64,000 nucleotides of DNA from a bacterium (GCA_021817905.1 JAKAFM010000002.1:3807-67806); one strand, 5' to 3'; positions 28,469 to 39,199 are shown, counted from the first letter of the stretch. Notes: generated by a model from the letters alone, not told the origin. Numbers and translations: made by a program.

Positions 28469-30310
28469 ATGCCTCAAATCTCGGATATTCGTAATATTGC
28501 TGTTATTGCTCATGTAGATCATGGGAAGACAACTCTGGTCGACGCACTATTGAAACAAACTCATACTTTTCGAGAAAATCAGGATGAAATGAAGATGGAT
28601 CGAATCATGGATAGTAATGACCTTGAGCGAGAAAAAGGGATTACTATTTTGTCTAAAAATACTTCTGTTTTTTATAAAGATACAAAAATTAATATTATTG
28701 ATACTCCCGGACACGCTGACTTTGGAGGCGAAGTGGAAAGGGTGCTTAATATGGCAGATGGGGCCTTACTGATTGTTGATGCTGCCGAAGGTCCATTATC
28801 CCAAACAAAATTTGTACTTAAAAGAGCACTTGATTATAAACTTAAGGTTATTTTGGTAATTAACAAGATTGATCGTAAAGATGCTCGAGTAAAGGAAGTG
28901 TTGGCTGACACAGAAAATTTATTTTTAAATTTGGTTGATGATCCGGAATTACTCAATTTCCCTGTAATATACGCAATCGGTAAGGATGGTAAGACTTATA
29001 ACGAAATGCCTGATGATTTTAGTCAACCGGCTGACACCTCGGCCTTATTTGATGCAATTATTGACCATATACCCAGTGCCCGAAAAAATCCTGATAAACC
29101 ATTTCAGATGCTTGTCTCATCGTTTGAAAATAACGAATATTTGGGCAGATTAGCTTTAGGACGGATTAATCAGGGAAAGATTAAGAAAGGAGAATATATA
29201 TCATTAGTAAAACCCGACCAAAGTGTGATCGCAAATTACAAAGTGGAACGTTTGTATGTTAACGAAGGAATGAGCAAACAAGAAACGGTAGTGGCTGAAT
29301 CAGGAGATATAGCTTATTTATCAGGAATTCCAGAAATTGAGATTGGTCTAACACTTACGAGTCCCCAATTTCAGGTAGCGTTGCCAACAATTGAGGTTGC
29401 CGAACCTACTTTAAAGGCTAGTTTTGGACCTAATACTTCAGTATTTGCCCGGGATGAATCAAAGTTTCTGACTTCACGAGAACTTAAAGAACGTCTTCAT
29501 GAAGAGGTGGAGACAAATTTAGGACTAAAGATAGAAGATGATCCTGAGGATAGTATTAGAGTACTTGTTTCAGGTCGTGGAGAACTACATTTGGCTATAT
29601 TAATCGAAAAACTTCGTCGTGAAGGCTACGCAATGGAAGTAGGTAAGCCAGAAGTAATTCTTAAAACAATTGAAGGAAAAGTTTGCGAGCCTTATTCCGA
29701 ACTGACTATTTTAACAAACGAAGAGTACGTGGGGGTGGTAACTGCAGAACTTGGTAAACGAAAGGCGCAGATGTCAGACATGGTAAATGATGATAAAGGT
29801 AATGTACGAATGGTTTATAAAATTAGTGAACGTAACGCTTTGGGATTGCGGAGTGTATTAATGACAGATACCAGAGGATCTGTTTCCTTAAACTATTTAT
29901 TTTTAGGTTATGAGCCAAAACAGGAAACAACAGAGAGGAGTCGTAACGGAGCTTTGATTGCCTCAGAATCAGGGAAGGCGTTATCTTTTGGATTAGATTT
30001 GGCACAAAAACGTGGAATTACTTTTGTAGAACCGACTGAAGGTGTCTACGAGGGCCAGATTGTGGGGTTACGACCGCTTGAGGGTGATCTTGAGGTAAAT
30101 GTTTGTAAGGGTAAACAACTAACTAATATGCGTTCTTCGGGAAACGATGATGCGATTATTTTGGCACCAGCTGTTAAATATAGTATTGAAGAGGCAATCG
30201 ACTTTATTAATAATGATGAATTGATTGATATAACTCCCAAAAATGTTCGTTTGCGAAAAAGATTTCTATCAAAGACTGATCGGGTTAGGGCGGAACGTAA
30301 AACGCACTAA
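28469..30310 (+). CDS. typA: Translational GTPase TypA/BipA
   Basis: [23 protein letters not shown] and NKIDR are the G1-G4 motifs, and the whole protein aligns with BipA. The tracked start at 28454 is a TTG that lies inside the TGTATAAT -10 element. The ATG at 28469 ([12 protein letters not shown]) is preferred. Confidence 0.9.
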   Translation: MPQISDIRNIAVIAHVDHGKTTLVDALLKQTHTFRENQDEMKMDRIMDSNDLEREKGITILSKNTSVFYKDTKINIIDTPGHADFGGEVERVLNMADGALLIVDAAEGPLSQTKFVLKRALDYKLKVILVINKIDRKDARVKEVLADTENLFLNLVDDPELLNFPVIYAIGKDGKTYNEMPDDFSQPADTSALFDAIIDHIPSARKNPDKPFQMLVSSFENNEYLGRLALGRINQGKIKKGEYISLVKPDQSVIANYKVERLYVNEGMSKQETVVAESGDIAYLSGIPEIEIGLTLTSPQFQVALPTIEVAEPTLKASFGPNTSVFARDESKFLTSRELKERLHEEVETNLGLKIEDDPEDSIRVLVSGRGELHLAILIEKLRREGYAMEVGKPEVILKTIEGKVCEPYSELTILTNEEYVGVVTAELGKRKAQMSDMVNDDKGNVRMVYKISERNALGLRSVLMTDTRGSVSLNYLFLGYEPKQETTERSRNGALIASESGKALSFGLDLAQKRGITFVEPTEGVYEGQIVGLRPLEGDLEVNVCKGKQLTNMRSSGNDDAIILAPAVKYSIEEAIDFINNDELIDITPKNVRLRKRFLSKTDRVRAERKTH

Positions 30311-30637
30311 TTCAACCTTATTTTCGACAAACTGGACTCCTTCTCTGTGTAATTTTTGTTTCTGCATTTCTGGCCCACCAAAAGCATAGGAGGCCGAGAG
30401 AGATCCATTGGCAAAAACAACACGGTGACAAGGAATATTAATGGGGTCATCGTTAAGATGGAGAGCCCGACCAACCAACCGTGGCGATTTTACTCGAGCT
30501 AGTTTAGCCACTTGACCATAGGTCATGACATATCCTGCTGGGATTTGACGGACAATTTTATAAATTAAACGATATTTACTTGAGACGAAATTGGTTAACA
30601 TCAATTGAGGGTGAAGGAATAATTTTTGACCAGTCAA
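30269..30637 (-). CDS. ogt: Methylated-DNA-protein-cysteine methyltransferase (MGMT/Ogt C-terminal domain only)
   Basis: YGQVAKLAR...SPRLVGRAL...IPCHRVV contains the PCHR active site. The 3' end overlaps typA convergently. Confidence 0.7.
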   Translation of the reverse strand: MTGQKLFLHPQLMLTNFVSSKYRLIYKIVRQIPAGYVMTYGQVAKLARVKSPRLVGRALHLNDDPINIPCHRVVFANGSLSASYAFGGPEMQKQKLHREGVQFVENKVELVRFTFRPNPISL

Positions 30638-30911
30638 TACGACTCATTGATTCCTGAACAAATTTTGACGTAAATTGAACGAAATCAATCTTCAGAAGAC
30701 TAATCACGTACAGAATGGCAAAGGTAATGGCTAATGTTCCAAAGACTGTTCCCAGCGAATGAAATAAGCCGGCCATAAAATTATAAAGAGCAAACTTAAT
30801 GGGATTAGACGAATAAACAAAATAACGGTTGTTATTATTAGCTAATTGATCAAGCTTATGGTTGAGGAGTTTTAGTTCTTTAAGTGTTTCAAGTCTTGTT
30901 TTCATAAGCAA
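30576..30911 (-). CDS. Hypothetical small membrane protein
   Basis: 111 aa with one or two TM helices. Confidence 0.3.
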   Translation of the reverse strand: MLMKTRLETLKELKLLNHKLDQLANNNNRYFVYSSNPIKFALYNFMAGLFHSLGTVFGTLAITFAILYVISLLKIDFVQFTSKFVQESMSRIDWSKIIPSPSIDVNQFRLK

Positions 30912-31306
30912 GTTTTAATTTTTTGAGAAATCGTTACCATTTGATCAGGCGGGATGGCAATAACATCTTTGGTATTAATACCATCATCAAAGCGGGGACG
31001 ATCTTCCGAAAAACGAGGGATGATACGAATATGCGCATGTGGTACTTCAAAACCAAGGGTTAAAAAAGAGACCGACATAGCAGACAAACCAGCCTGACTG
31101 GCAATGGCAATTTTTTTGGCAACTTCCCAATATTGTCCAAATTCCGGAACATCAATTACCCACCGGTAGTGTTTTTTAGGGATAAGGAGACTATTACCAG
31201 GGTTTAAAGGATTGATATCAAGAAACCCTAAAAATTTGTCGTCTTCGTATATTTTATAGCAAGGAGTTTCTCCGTTTTGAATTTTACAGAAAATACAGTC
31301 GTCCAT
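30902..31306 (-). CDS. HIT-family (histidine triad) nucleotide hydrolase
   Basis: The N-terminus is CIFCKI and the HIT motif is VPHAHIRIIPR. Confidence 0.8.
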   Translation of the reverse strand: MDDCIFCKIQNGETPCYKIYEDDKFLGFLDINPLNPGNSLLIPKKHYRWVIDVPEFGQYWEVAKKIAIASQAGLSAMSVSFLTLGFEVPHAHIRIIPRFSEDRPRFDDGINTKDVIAIPPDQMVTISQKIKTCL

Positions 31307-31360
31307 ATTTAAGTATAACGCTGGTTGATTAATCAGGGTATGTGAAATGACTAATTTAGA

Positions 31361-34030
31361 TTAACCAAACTCGGGGTAATGACACTTTTTGTACTTTTTA
31401 CCGGAACCGCAAGGACAAGGATCATTTCGTTTGGGAACGGATATTGAAGGTACTACGGGCTTAATCGTAGCAGCTTCTTCTTTGGCTAATGCATTTTCTT
31501 CTGGTTGGTCATTGGTGATCATGGCTCCCCTACCTTCGGCAATGTTTTTGGGAACATCTGAGGGTAATGAAGTTTCGATTTGAATACGGAATAATTTTCT
31601 AACGAGATTATATTCATAGGTGCCTACGAGCTTTTGAAACATTTCAAAACCTTCTTTACGATACTCAACTAGAGGGTCTTTTTGAGCATAACCACGAAGC
31701 CGGACACCTTCACGAAGGTTATCGAGTCCTGTTAAGTGCTCAACCCATAGTGGGTCCAAGGTGCTGACAATAATAAATCGAATAATGTCTTGACTTATAG
31801 CCTGACCAAAAAACTCAGTTCGTTCACTCCAGGCAGCTTGACACATTTCAAATAATTTCTGACTAATATCGGTGGTAGGATCCTCAAGTGTTTTTTTTAC
31901 TGCTGCGCGACTTTGTGGATCTAGTGGTAATATCTCTAAGTACTCGAGCAGTATTTTTTCAATATCTGGTTGAGACTGTTCATTAATACTAGTATTAACA
32001 ATTACATCGATTTGACGTTTGAGAATGGTATAAATATCTTCGAGGTTTTTTAAGGGATTATTTTTGGCATTATTAATGGCATCTTCACGAAGCCGATAAA
32101 TAATTTGACGCTGCTTATTAATAACATCATCGTATTCAACTAGATTTTTGCGAATATCAAAATTATAACCTTCAACTTTTACTTGGATTTGTTCAATTGA
32201 TTTTGAGACTAGTGGGTGTGTTAACGGAGCGTCTTCGGGCATATTAAAGCGGGTCATTAATCCAGCAATCTTATCACCACCAAAAATGCGCATTAAATCA
32301 TCATCGAGAGAGACATAAAATTGCGAAAAACCAGTATCGCCCTGTCGACCACTACGCCCACGAAGCTGATTGTCGATACGGCGAGACTCATGCCTTTCAG
32401 TACCAATGACATATAACCCACCAAGCTCAACAACCTCATCGTGTAATTTTTGCCAATTAGATTTGTTTGTTTGATCTTTTTGACCACCTAAAATAATATC
32501 AACTCCTCGACCGGCCATATTGGTAGCGACGGTAACGGCACCAATTTTACCGGCATTAGCAATAATGGTGGCTTCGGTTTGATGATTTTTAGCGTTAAGC
32601 ATTTGATGGGGAATGCCTTTTTTAGAAAGTAACGTAGAAATGATTTGGTTTTTTTCTATTGAAGTTGTACCAATAAGTACAGGTTGGCCTTTTTCATGTA
32701 GTTCAGCAACTTTGGCGGCCACAGCTACATATTTAGCTCTCTGAGTTTTGTATATTAAATCCTGATCATCGATTCTTTTAATTTTTTTGTTAGTGGGGAT
32801 GGTAACGACTTCAAGGTGGTAAATTTGGTGAAATTCTTCTGATTCAGTCATGGCTGTACCTGTCATACCAGCAAGTTTTTGATAAAGTCGGAAGTAATTT
32901 TGAAACGTAATGGTTGCCCAAGTTTGAGATTCACGTTGAACAGTGACACCCTCTTTGGCTTCAACGGCCTGGTGAAGACCGTCTGACCAGCGACGGCCGA
33001 ACATGAGACGTCCAGTGAATTCATCAACAATGACGACTTCACCGTCTTTGACAACGTAATCTTTATCTTTATGAAAAATAGCATTGGCCTTGATAGCATT
33101 TTCGATATAGTGAATGGTTTCAAAAGACTCTTCGTAAAGATTTTTGACATTAAGAACACGTTCGATCTTGCGAATGCCATATTCAGAAAGAGTTGCAGAT
33201 CGAGATTTTTCGTCAATTATATAATCTGTAGGCTGAAGCTCGCTGGCGATTTGTGAAAATTTATAATATTTATCGGTTGGTTGGTTATTAGGAGAGGAGA
33301 TAATTAATGGAGTTCTAGCTTCGTCAATTAAAACAAAATCAACTTCATCGACGATGGCGTAATAATGGGGACGCTGAACAACTTCATCAAAGGTTTGAGC
33401 CATGTGGTCACGAAGATAATCAAAACCAAATTCGTTATTAGTTCCGTAAGTTACATCCGCAAGATAGGCGTCTTTACGGGTAATGGTGCGTAAATGGGCT
33501 AATCGATCATCTATAGTTTGGGTAGGATCGGAAAAAGTAGGATCATACATAAATGATTGTTCGTGAATTATGGCAGAAGTAGAAATGCCAAGCAGATGAA
33601 GTGCCCGAGGATACCAGCCAGCTCCAACTTTAGTAAGGTAATCATTAGGAGTGATAATATGAACACCTTTTCCTGTTAGGGCGTTTAGATAGGCTGAAAA
33701 AATGACTGAATGGGTTTTTCCTTCGCCAGTCTTTTGTTCAGCAATGGCACCTTGGTGAAGAATAATGGCGGCAATAAGCTGGACATCATAGGCTCTCTCG
33801 CCAACAGTTCTAAAGATGGCTTCACGAACTACTGCATAGCTTTCTGGTAATAGGTCATCTAGGCTTTCACCATCAGTAAGACGTTTTTTGAATTCAAGTG
33901 TTTTCTGTCCGAGCTGTTTATCGGATAACTTTTTAATTTTTGGCTCTAGAGCATTAATTTTATCTACAATCGGTTTGACTCGATTTATACGACGTTGATT
34001 AAAGTCTAATAGTGAGGAGAAAAGTGACAT
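31361..34030 (-). CDS. secA: Preprotein translocase ATPase SecA
   Basis: 889 aa with DEAD-like motor motifs and the C-terminal zinc finger CPCGSGKKYKKCH. Confidence 0.95.
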   Translation of the reverse strand: MSLFSSLLDFNQRRINRVKPIVDKINALEPKIKKLSDKQLGQKTLEFKKRLTDGESLDDLLPESYAVVREAIFRTVGERAYDVQLIAAIILHQGAIAEQKTGEGKTHSVIFSAYLNALTGKGVHIITPNDYLTKVGAGWYPRALHLLGISTSAIIHEQSFMYDPTFSDPTQTIDDRLAHLRTITRKDAYLADVTYGTNNEFGFDYLRDHMAQTFDEVVQRPHYYAIVDEVDFVLIDEARTPLIISSPNNQPTDKYYKFSQIASELQPTDYIIDEKSRSATLSEYGIRKIERVLNVKNLYEESFETIHYIENAIKANAIFHKDKDYVVKDGEVVIVDEFTGRLMFGRRWSDGLHQAVEAKEGVTVQRESQTWATITFQNYFRLYQKLAGMTGTAMTESEEFHQIYHLEVVTIPTNKKIKRIDDQDLIYKTQRAKYVAVAAKVAELHEKGQPVLIGTTSIEKNQIISTLLSKKGIPHQMLNAKNHQTEATIIANAGKIGAVTVATNMAGRGVDIILGGQKDQTNKSNWQKLHDEVVELGGLYVIGTERHESRRIDNQLRGRSGRQGDTGFSQFYVSLDDDLMRIFGGDKIAGLMTRFNMPEDAPLTHPLVSKSIEQIQVKVEGYNFDIRKNLVEYDDVINKQRQIIYRLREDAINNAKNNPLKNLEDIYTILKRQIDVIVNTSINEQSQPDIEKILLEYLEILPLDPQSRAAVKKTLEDPTTDISQKLFEMCQAAWSERTEFFGQAISQDIIRFIIVSTLDPLWVEHLTGLDNLREGVRLRGYAQKDPLVEYRKEGFEMFQKLVGTYEYNLVRKLFRIQIETSLPSDVPKNIAEGRGAMITNDQPEENALAKEEAATIKPVVPSISVPKRNDPCPCGSGKKYKKCHYPEFG

Positions 34031-34123
34031 GGGAATATTATAGCTTAGATATGTTAAAACACCTACCCCGCCAGTATATCAATAAATTGATAGTGGCGGG
34101 GCATGGGGTGGCTCCTCTACGAG

Positions 34124-34828
34124 TTATTTTTTAAAGATTTTTTTTAAAATGAAAAAAACTAAACAGATAATGGTTAATGGAGGGACAATGATGATGGCGA
34201 CCCATAGTGTAAGATTGAGACTGAATTTTAGTAATTTTATGAGGTTGTCGAAAGTGTTACCGGCAACAACAAAGAATCGACTATCTTCAGGGACAGTAAG
34301 AACTACGGTGATAGTAGCATAGTAGGTTTGGTTTTTGGTTTTTAATGAGGGTGTCGGCACACGATTTTCTATGTTTTCGCTTAACACTTTTAGGCTGTCT
34401 TGTTTAATCGTTTGGCTAACTAGCTCGTATTTATCCTGAGGAATAGTAATCGTAATATTACTGTGAGGATTGGCGGTATTGTCTGACGATGAGGAAACGA
34501 CGTAGCCTTTAACACTTTTACTAATCGTATCAATCTGACTTAAGGCGCTATTAATGTTGGCAACCTGGAGTGTTAGTACACTTTTTGTTTCAATCGTTTT
34601 TAAATTAGCATTATCTGGGAGAGCATAATCAAGCGAGGTCTTGTCCAATGGTAGGCTAACTGGCTGCCATTGTTCATTAAGCGGTGGAATCCCTAATTGT
34701 TGTAAGTGTTTTTGATTAAAAATGCTGCCAATAAAAATGCCAAGAGAAGCCATAATGGTTATTATCACGGCATATTTGATAATAATTCTCATTTTGGCGA
34801 TATTGTTTCGAAACCAGTAAACGGCCAT
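34124..34828 (-). CDS. Hypothetical membrane protein (N- and C-terminal TM helices flanking a soluble domain)
   Basis: 234 aa. No recognisable motif. The start may be the internal Met at 34792. Confidence 0.3.
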   Translation of the reverse strand: MAVYWFRNNIAKMRIIIKYAVIITIMASLGIFIGSIFNQKHLQQLGIPPLNEQWQPVSLPLDKTSLDYALPDNANLKTIETKSVLTLQVANINSALSQIDTISKSVKGYVVSSSSDNTANPHSNITITIPQDKYELVSQTIKQDSLKVLSENIENRVPTPSLKTKNQTYYATITVVLTVPEDSRFFVVAGNTFDNLIKLLKFSLNLTLWVAIIIVPPLTIICLVFFILKKIFKK

Positions 34829-36051
34829 AAAACTTTGGGCAGTTTGATGGAACCGTCTTTCTGTTGATTATTTTCAAGGAGGGCCAGTAGCGGTCTATCG
34901 GACATAACGGTAGCATTGAGAATGTGGACATATTCGGGCTTACCGTTTATTTTTACGCGGGTATTAAGACGTCTGGCTTGATAATCAGTACAATTACTAC
35001 ACGAGTTAGTTTCGCGATATTGATTTTGTCCGGGAAACCAAGTATTAATGTCGTACATACGACGATTTGGTTGAGGTAGGTCACCAGTACAGTTTTTTAC
35101 TACCTGATATGGTAACTCCAGTTCCTGTAATATTTCTTCTTCAATGGCTAACATTTCTAGACACATGGCATCCGACACTTTGGTATCGGGAAGAGTAAAA
35201 ATATTCATCTCAACCTTGTTAAAGTTGTGCACACGAAGCATACCTTTCATATCTTTGCCATACGTTCCGGCCTCACGACGAAAGCAGGGAGAGTAATTAA
35301 CGTATTTTATTGGTAATTTTTCTAGTTCTAAAATTTCATTAGTATGATATGGAACCACTGAATGTTCGGAGCTAGATATAAAAACTAGATCATCTTCAGG
35401 AACTGAATAATAAGCGCCAAATAGATTCTTATTACTTGAATAACCACAACCCCATTCAGTAGCCGACTTAATCATTGGTGGCGGAACCATACCTTTAAAG
35501 CCTTTAGATATAAGCTTTTTAAAGGCATAAAACATAAGTGCCATCTCTAGAACAGCAGCTTCGTTTTTGTAGTAACCAAAACGTGAACCCGAAAGTTGGG
35601 CGGCTTTTTCTATGTCGATAATATCGAGTTTTTTACCAAGATCAGTGTGGTCAAGCGGTTGCCAAGTGAATTTTGGCGGTTCGCCAACTGTTTTTATAAC
35701 GACATTATCCTGATCATCCTTCCCAACAGGAACATCTTCTGCTGGAATATTAGGTATTTCTTCTAAGACTGCCAATAATTCATTGTCGGTAAATTTTAAT
35801 TGTTCCTCAAGCAGTTTAAGTTCAGATTTAATTTTAGTCCCGGTACTTATCTGATCGCTAGTTGGTTTACCGGCAATGGTTTTGGAAAGTTTATTTTGGG
35901 AAGCACGAAGATCTTCGACTTTAGTTAGTAAAGTTTTGCGACCGGAATCAATGTCGAGTACTTTAGTAACCAAGTTGCTATCTTTTTGACGGTTGACTAG
36001 ACTTTTTCTGACATCGTCGGCATGGTCTCGAAGAAAATTCATATCTAGCAT
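34789..36051 (-). CDS. serS: Seryl-tRNA synthetase
   Basis: It has an N-terminal coiled-coil arm and class II motifs, and the C-terminus is SerRS-like. The start was moved to the ATG giving MLDMNFLRD (SerS N-terminus). The tracked start is a TTG 18 nt upstream. Confidence 0.9.
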   Translation of the reverse strand: MLDMNFLRDHADDVRKSLVNRQKDSNLVTKVLDIDSGRKTLLTKVEDLRASQNKLSKTIAGKPTSDQISTGTKIKSELKLLEEQLKFTDNELLAVLEEIPNIPAEDVPVGKDDQDNVVIKTVGEPPKFTWQPLDHTDLGKKLDIIDIEKAAQLSGSRFGYYKNEAAVLEMALMFYAFKKLISKGFKGMVPPPMIKSATEWGCGYSSNKNLFGAYYSVPEDDLVFISSSEHSVVPYHTNEILELEKLPIKYVNYSPCFRREAGTYGKDMKGMLRVHNFNKVEMNIFTLPDTKVSDAMCLEMLAIEEEILQELELPYQVVKNCTGDLPQPNRRMYDINTWFPGQNQYRETNSCSNCTDYQARRLNTRVKINGKPEYVHILNATVMSDRPLLALLENNQQKDGSIKLPKVLWPFTGFETISPK

Positions 36052-36157
36052 TTGATTGTATTTTAACAAATAGAAAACTTTTTATTACCGCAGTTTAGTA
36101 GCAAATATCTGAGTACATTTTATATTCATTACACAATTACTACATAGTCAAGTGTAA

Positions 36158-36751
36158 CTATAAACCTATACTATCGGCAATTGATTGCATAGAAGTAAGA
36201 CAAATCTCAATGAATTTATCTAATTTAATATTTAGGCCTTCTTCACTTTCACATTTTATGACTTCATCGCGTCTGGTGCCGGCGGCAAATCTGGGTTCCT
36301 TTAGAAAACGTTTGAGAACTGAAGAGACTTTAACCTCTGCTAGCTTTTTACTGGGATAAACAAAGGCAACGGCAGTTATTAATCCAGTCAAACTATCGGC
36401 ACAAAAGATAGACCACTGGGCCAAATTTTGACATTTGATGCCATCGCGGCCATCATGAGCCAAAACAATTTCTTGAACAACGGGAGAGATTGTTAAACCA
36501 TATTTAGCTAAAGCCTCTTTTGCTTTTTGAGGATGAAAAGGTTTGAATTCTCCCGAATAATCGATATCGTGAATTAAACCGGCCAGTGTCCAGTCGACTT
36601 TTGGTGGTTCGCTATTACTAATTCTTTTTTGAGATTCCAGATAATCATAGAGTCCACCCATGCAGGCTTCAAGAGCAAGCGAGTGAAAGAAAATATTTGG
36701 TTCAAGTTGAGCTTTAACGGCTTGCAAATATTTTTGACGGTCGTAGGACAT
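36158..36751 (-). CDS. HD-domain phosphohydrolase
   Basis: It has the H...HD motif (LIHDIDY) and a later AHDGRDG. Confidence 0.5.
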   Translation of the reverse strand: MSYDRQKYLQAVKAQLEPNIFFHSLALEACMGGLYDYLESQKRISNSEPPKVDWTLAGLIHDIDYSGEFKPFHPQKAKEALAKYGLTISPVVQEIVLAHDGRDGIKCQNLAQWSIFCADSLTGLITAVAFVYPSKKLAEVKVSSVLKRFLKEPRFAAGTRRDEVIKCESEEGLNIKLDKFIEICLTSMQSIADSIGL

Positions 36752-36774
36752 AAAGAATGTTTTAAATAACGCTA

Positions 36775-38679
36775 CTATTTTCTGAGGTATTTATTAACCG
36801 GCTGACCGAGGTATTTTTCCAAATCCTCAGGGAGGATATAAATGCCAGAATGATCACTACCAAGCCCAAGCTCACGTCTTGAACAAAGCATACCCTCGGA
36901 CTCTATGCCACGTAGTTTTACTTTAGCTATTTCTTGCGACTGGCCTTCTTCATCAAAGACAAGGGCACCAATGATTGAGACGGGAACAATATCCCCTGCT
37001 TTAATATTGGGAGCGCCACAGACGATATTTAATAAATTTTGGGTTCCAATATTGATTTGGCAGACGTTAAGCTTATCGGCATTAGGATGTTTGGTTAGTG
37101 ATTCAATTTTTCCGATTACAATTTTATTGTTTCGGAGACCAATGACCTGTTTATTTTTCTCTTCAGGTAGATTATAGATCTTGCGTGTTTCTTCAGTGAT
37201 AATTTGTTTCATCTGGGGAAAGAAAGTACCTTCTCGAGCGGTGATATCTTCGAGGAACCAAAAAACACGTTCACTGTGACCCCAGCCGGAAACTGGTGGC
37301 ATGCCGTATTCCAACATTTCAACGAAATCTATATCAAGCATTTGTGATTCTTCATCGCCTGATTCACGATTTTTTTGTTGATCAAGAAAACGATTTAGCT
37401 GATCGACCGGATCGTTTAATTCGGAATAGCCGTTGCCTAACTCGGAGCCAGCAATAATAGCGTGAAAACGTTCAGTTAACTCAATATTATCTGGTCTTGA
37501 TTTAGCAAGCGGTGAGCTAAATTTTGGCTCATCGATGATAAAAATTGGACCACTAATTTCGCGCCTAACTATTTTCCATAAATTGTCGACGATTCGAGAT
37601 CGATTAGTTAATCCATCAGTGTCGATCTTTTGGGCTTTTATAAGTTCAAGCATTTTTTCCTGAGAATCATTAAAAATATCAACTGAAAATCGCTTTTTAA
37701 TGAGATCACCAAAACTTAATCGAGGCCATTTTCCTGCTAGATCAAAGGTGTGACTACCTTTAGTAAATTTAGTCTTTCCGTATAGCTTTGTGGCCAAATA
37801 TTGGAACATTGTTTGAACCAGATCCATGTTCATGGTGTAATCGGCATATGCCCAATACCATTCACATTGATAATATTCTTGTAAGTGCTCATCATCGATG
37901 CCTTCATTACGGAAATTAGGGCCAAGTGTGTAGATTTTTTCAAAACCACCACCAATAAGTCGCTTTTGAAAAAGCTCAGTGGAAATTCGCATGTAAAAAT
38001 CTTGATCGAGGGCATTATGATGAGTAATAAAAGGCTTGGCATCGGCACCCCCAGTAGCCAGTTCCAAAACCGGTGTTTCAACTTCCATAAAGCCTTGTTC
38101 TTGAAGAAATTGCCTGGTTAATTGCCAAAATTTAGCTTTACGGATAAATAGTTCTTTACGATCTTGGTTCATTATTAAATCAAGATAACGTTTACGAAAA
38201 ATAATTTCAGGATCTTTAACACCCTGCCACTTATCCGGTAGAGGTCTGATGGCCTTAGCTAAAAGCTTAATGGTTCCGGGCATAACCGATATTTCACCTG
38301 ATGATGTTTTTTTTACAACCCCTGTCACTTCTATAAAGTCACCAATGTCCAGCAATTTTAATTCTGAATAACCAAGGAATTGCTTCTCGACATTAAGAGG
38401 AGTTAGATCGAGTTTACGAATGAAGATTTGTAATTTTCCAGATTGATCGGAAATGTGAGCAAAGGTAATTGCCCCCTGGGGACGCCACAAAACAATGCGT
38501 CCAGCAACGGTAATTGTTTTACTGTCAAGTTTGGAGAAATCTTTGATTACATCAATATTGCTATATTCTTTTTTTGAGGTTGAAGGGAATGGGTTAATGC
38601 CAAGTGCTCTGAGCTTGGTTATTTTATTAAGCCTTGTCTCCCTTAACTCTTGCAATGTTGACATAGTGGATTTTAGCAC
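36775..38679 (-). CDS. lysS: Lysyl-tRNA synthetase (class II) with a C-terminal EMAP/Myf-type tRNA-binding domain
   Basis: There is an N-terminal OB anticodon-binding domain and a class II catalytic core. A ~110-aa C-terminal extension contains HPNADKLNVCQINIG...VCGAPNI...RGIESEGMLCS, which is a tRNA_bind domain. Confidence 0.85.
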   Translation of the reverse strand: MLKSTMSTLQELRETRLNKITKLRALGINPFPSTSKKEYSNIDVIKDFSKLDSKTITVAGRIVLWRPQGAITFAHISDQSGKLQIFIRKLDLTPLNVEKQFLGYSELKLLDIGDFIEVTGVVKKTSSGEISVMPGTIKLLAKAIRPLPDKWQGVKDPEIIFRKRYLDLIMNQDRKELFIRKAKFWQLTRQFLQEQGFMEVETPVLELATGGADAKPFITHHNALDQDFYMRISTELFQKRLIGGGFEKIYTLGPNFRNEGIDDEHLQEYYQCEWYWAYADYTMNMDLVQTMFQYLATKLYGKTKFTKGSHTFDLAGKWPRLSFGDLIKKRFSVDIFNDSQEKMLELIKAQKIDTDGLTNRSRIVDNLWKIVRREISGPIFIIDEPKFSSPLAKSRPDNIELTERFHAIIAGSELGNGYSELNDPVDQLNRFLDQQKNRESGDEESQMLDIDFVEMLEYGMPPVSGWGHSERVFWFLEDITAREGTFFPQMKQIITEETRKIYNLPEEKNKQVIGLRNNKIVIGKIESLTKHPNADKLNVCQINIGTQNLLNIVCGAPNIKAGDIVPVSIIGALVFDEEGQSQEIAKVKLRGIESEGMLCSRRELGLGSDHSGIYILPEDLEKYLGQPVNKYLRK

Positions 38680-38685
38680 TCAACC

Positions 38686-39147
38686 TTAGGCAATAGCCAC
38701 TATTTTGTAGATCAGTTTGCCAACAGGGGCCGTGAATTCAATTTCATCGTGTAATTTTTTGCCAACTAATGCCATACCTAATGGTGATTGATCAGAGATT
38801 TTAGAAGAAGATGGATCAGCTTCAAATTCAGAAACGATATGAAACTCTTTTTCGTGCGAGCCACTAATCTTGATTTTTACTTTAGAGCCAACTTGTACTT
38901 TATCTTTTGATTGTTTACCGTTTATAACTTGAGCGTTAACCAATGATTCCTCTAGATAATCAATTTTGTCGTTGATGACTTCCAACTCTTCCTTAAGCTG
39001 AACCGCTAGACCATCTTCGCCGGCTTCATCGGGTTGTGCAACTTCTTCAATACGTTCAATTAATTGGTTTCGCTTTAATTTCAGGTCGTCTAATTCCTGC
39101 TGAAGTCGAGTTTGACCTTCAACCGTAAGCATTGTTTTGTTTGCCAT
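38686..39147 (-). CDS. greA: Transcription elongation factor GreA
   Basis: It has an N-terminal coiled coil and a C-terminal FKBP-like domain (SPLGMALVGKK). The start is the ATG at 39147 (MANKTML). The tracked start is a TTG 18 nt upstream. Confidence 0.85.
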   Translation of the reverse strand: MANKTMLTVEGQTRLQQELDDLKLKRNQLIERIEEVAQPDEAGEDGLAVQLKEELEVINDKIDYLEESLVNAQVINGKQSKDKVQVGSKVKIKISGSHEKEFHIVSEFEADPSSSKISDQSPLGMALVGKKLHDEIEFTAPVGKLIYKIVAIA

Positions 39148-39166
39148 TTTTTTGATTGTAATCAAT

Positions 39167-39199
39167 AAAAAAAGCCTCTCAGGTTAAAACTTGAGAGAC
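39167..39199 (-). terminator. Intrinsic terminator on the minus strand (GUCUCUCAAG-loop-CCUGAGAGGC plus U7) just upstream of the greA promoter and start
   Basis: An imperfect 10-bp stem (one mismatch, one G-U) plus a 7-nt U tract read on the minus strand at 39167-39173. On the plus strand it is an A tract, so it acts only on the minus strand. Confidence 0.5.
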
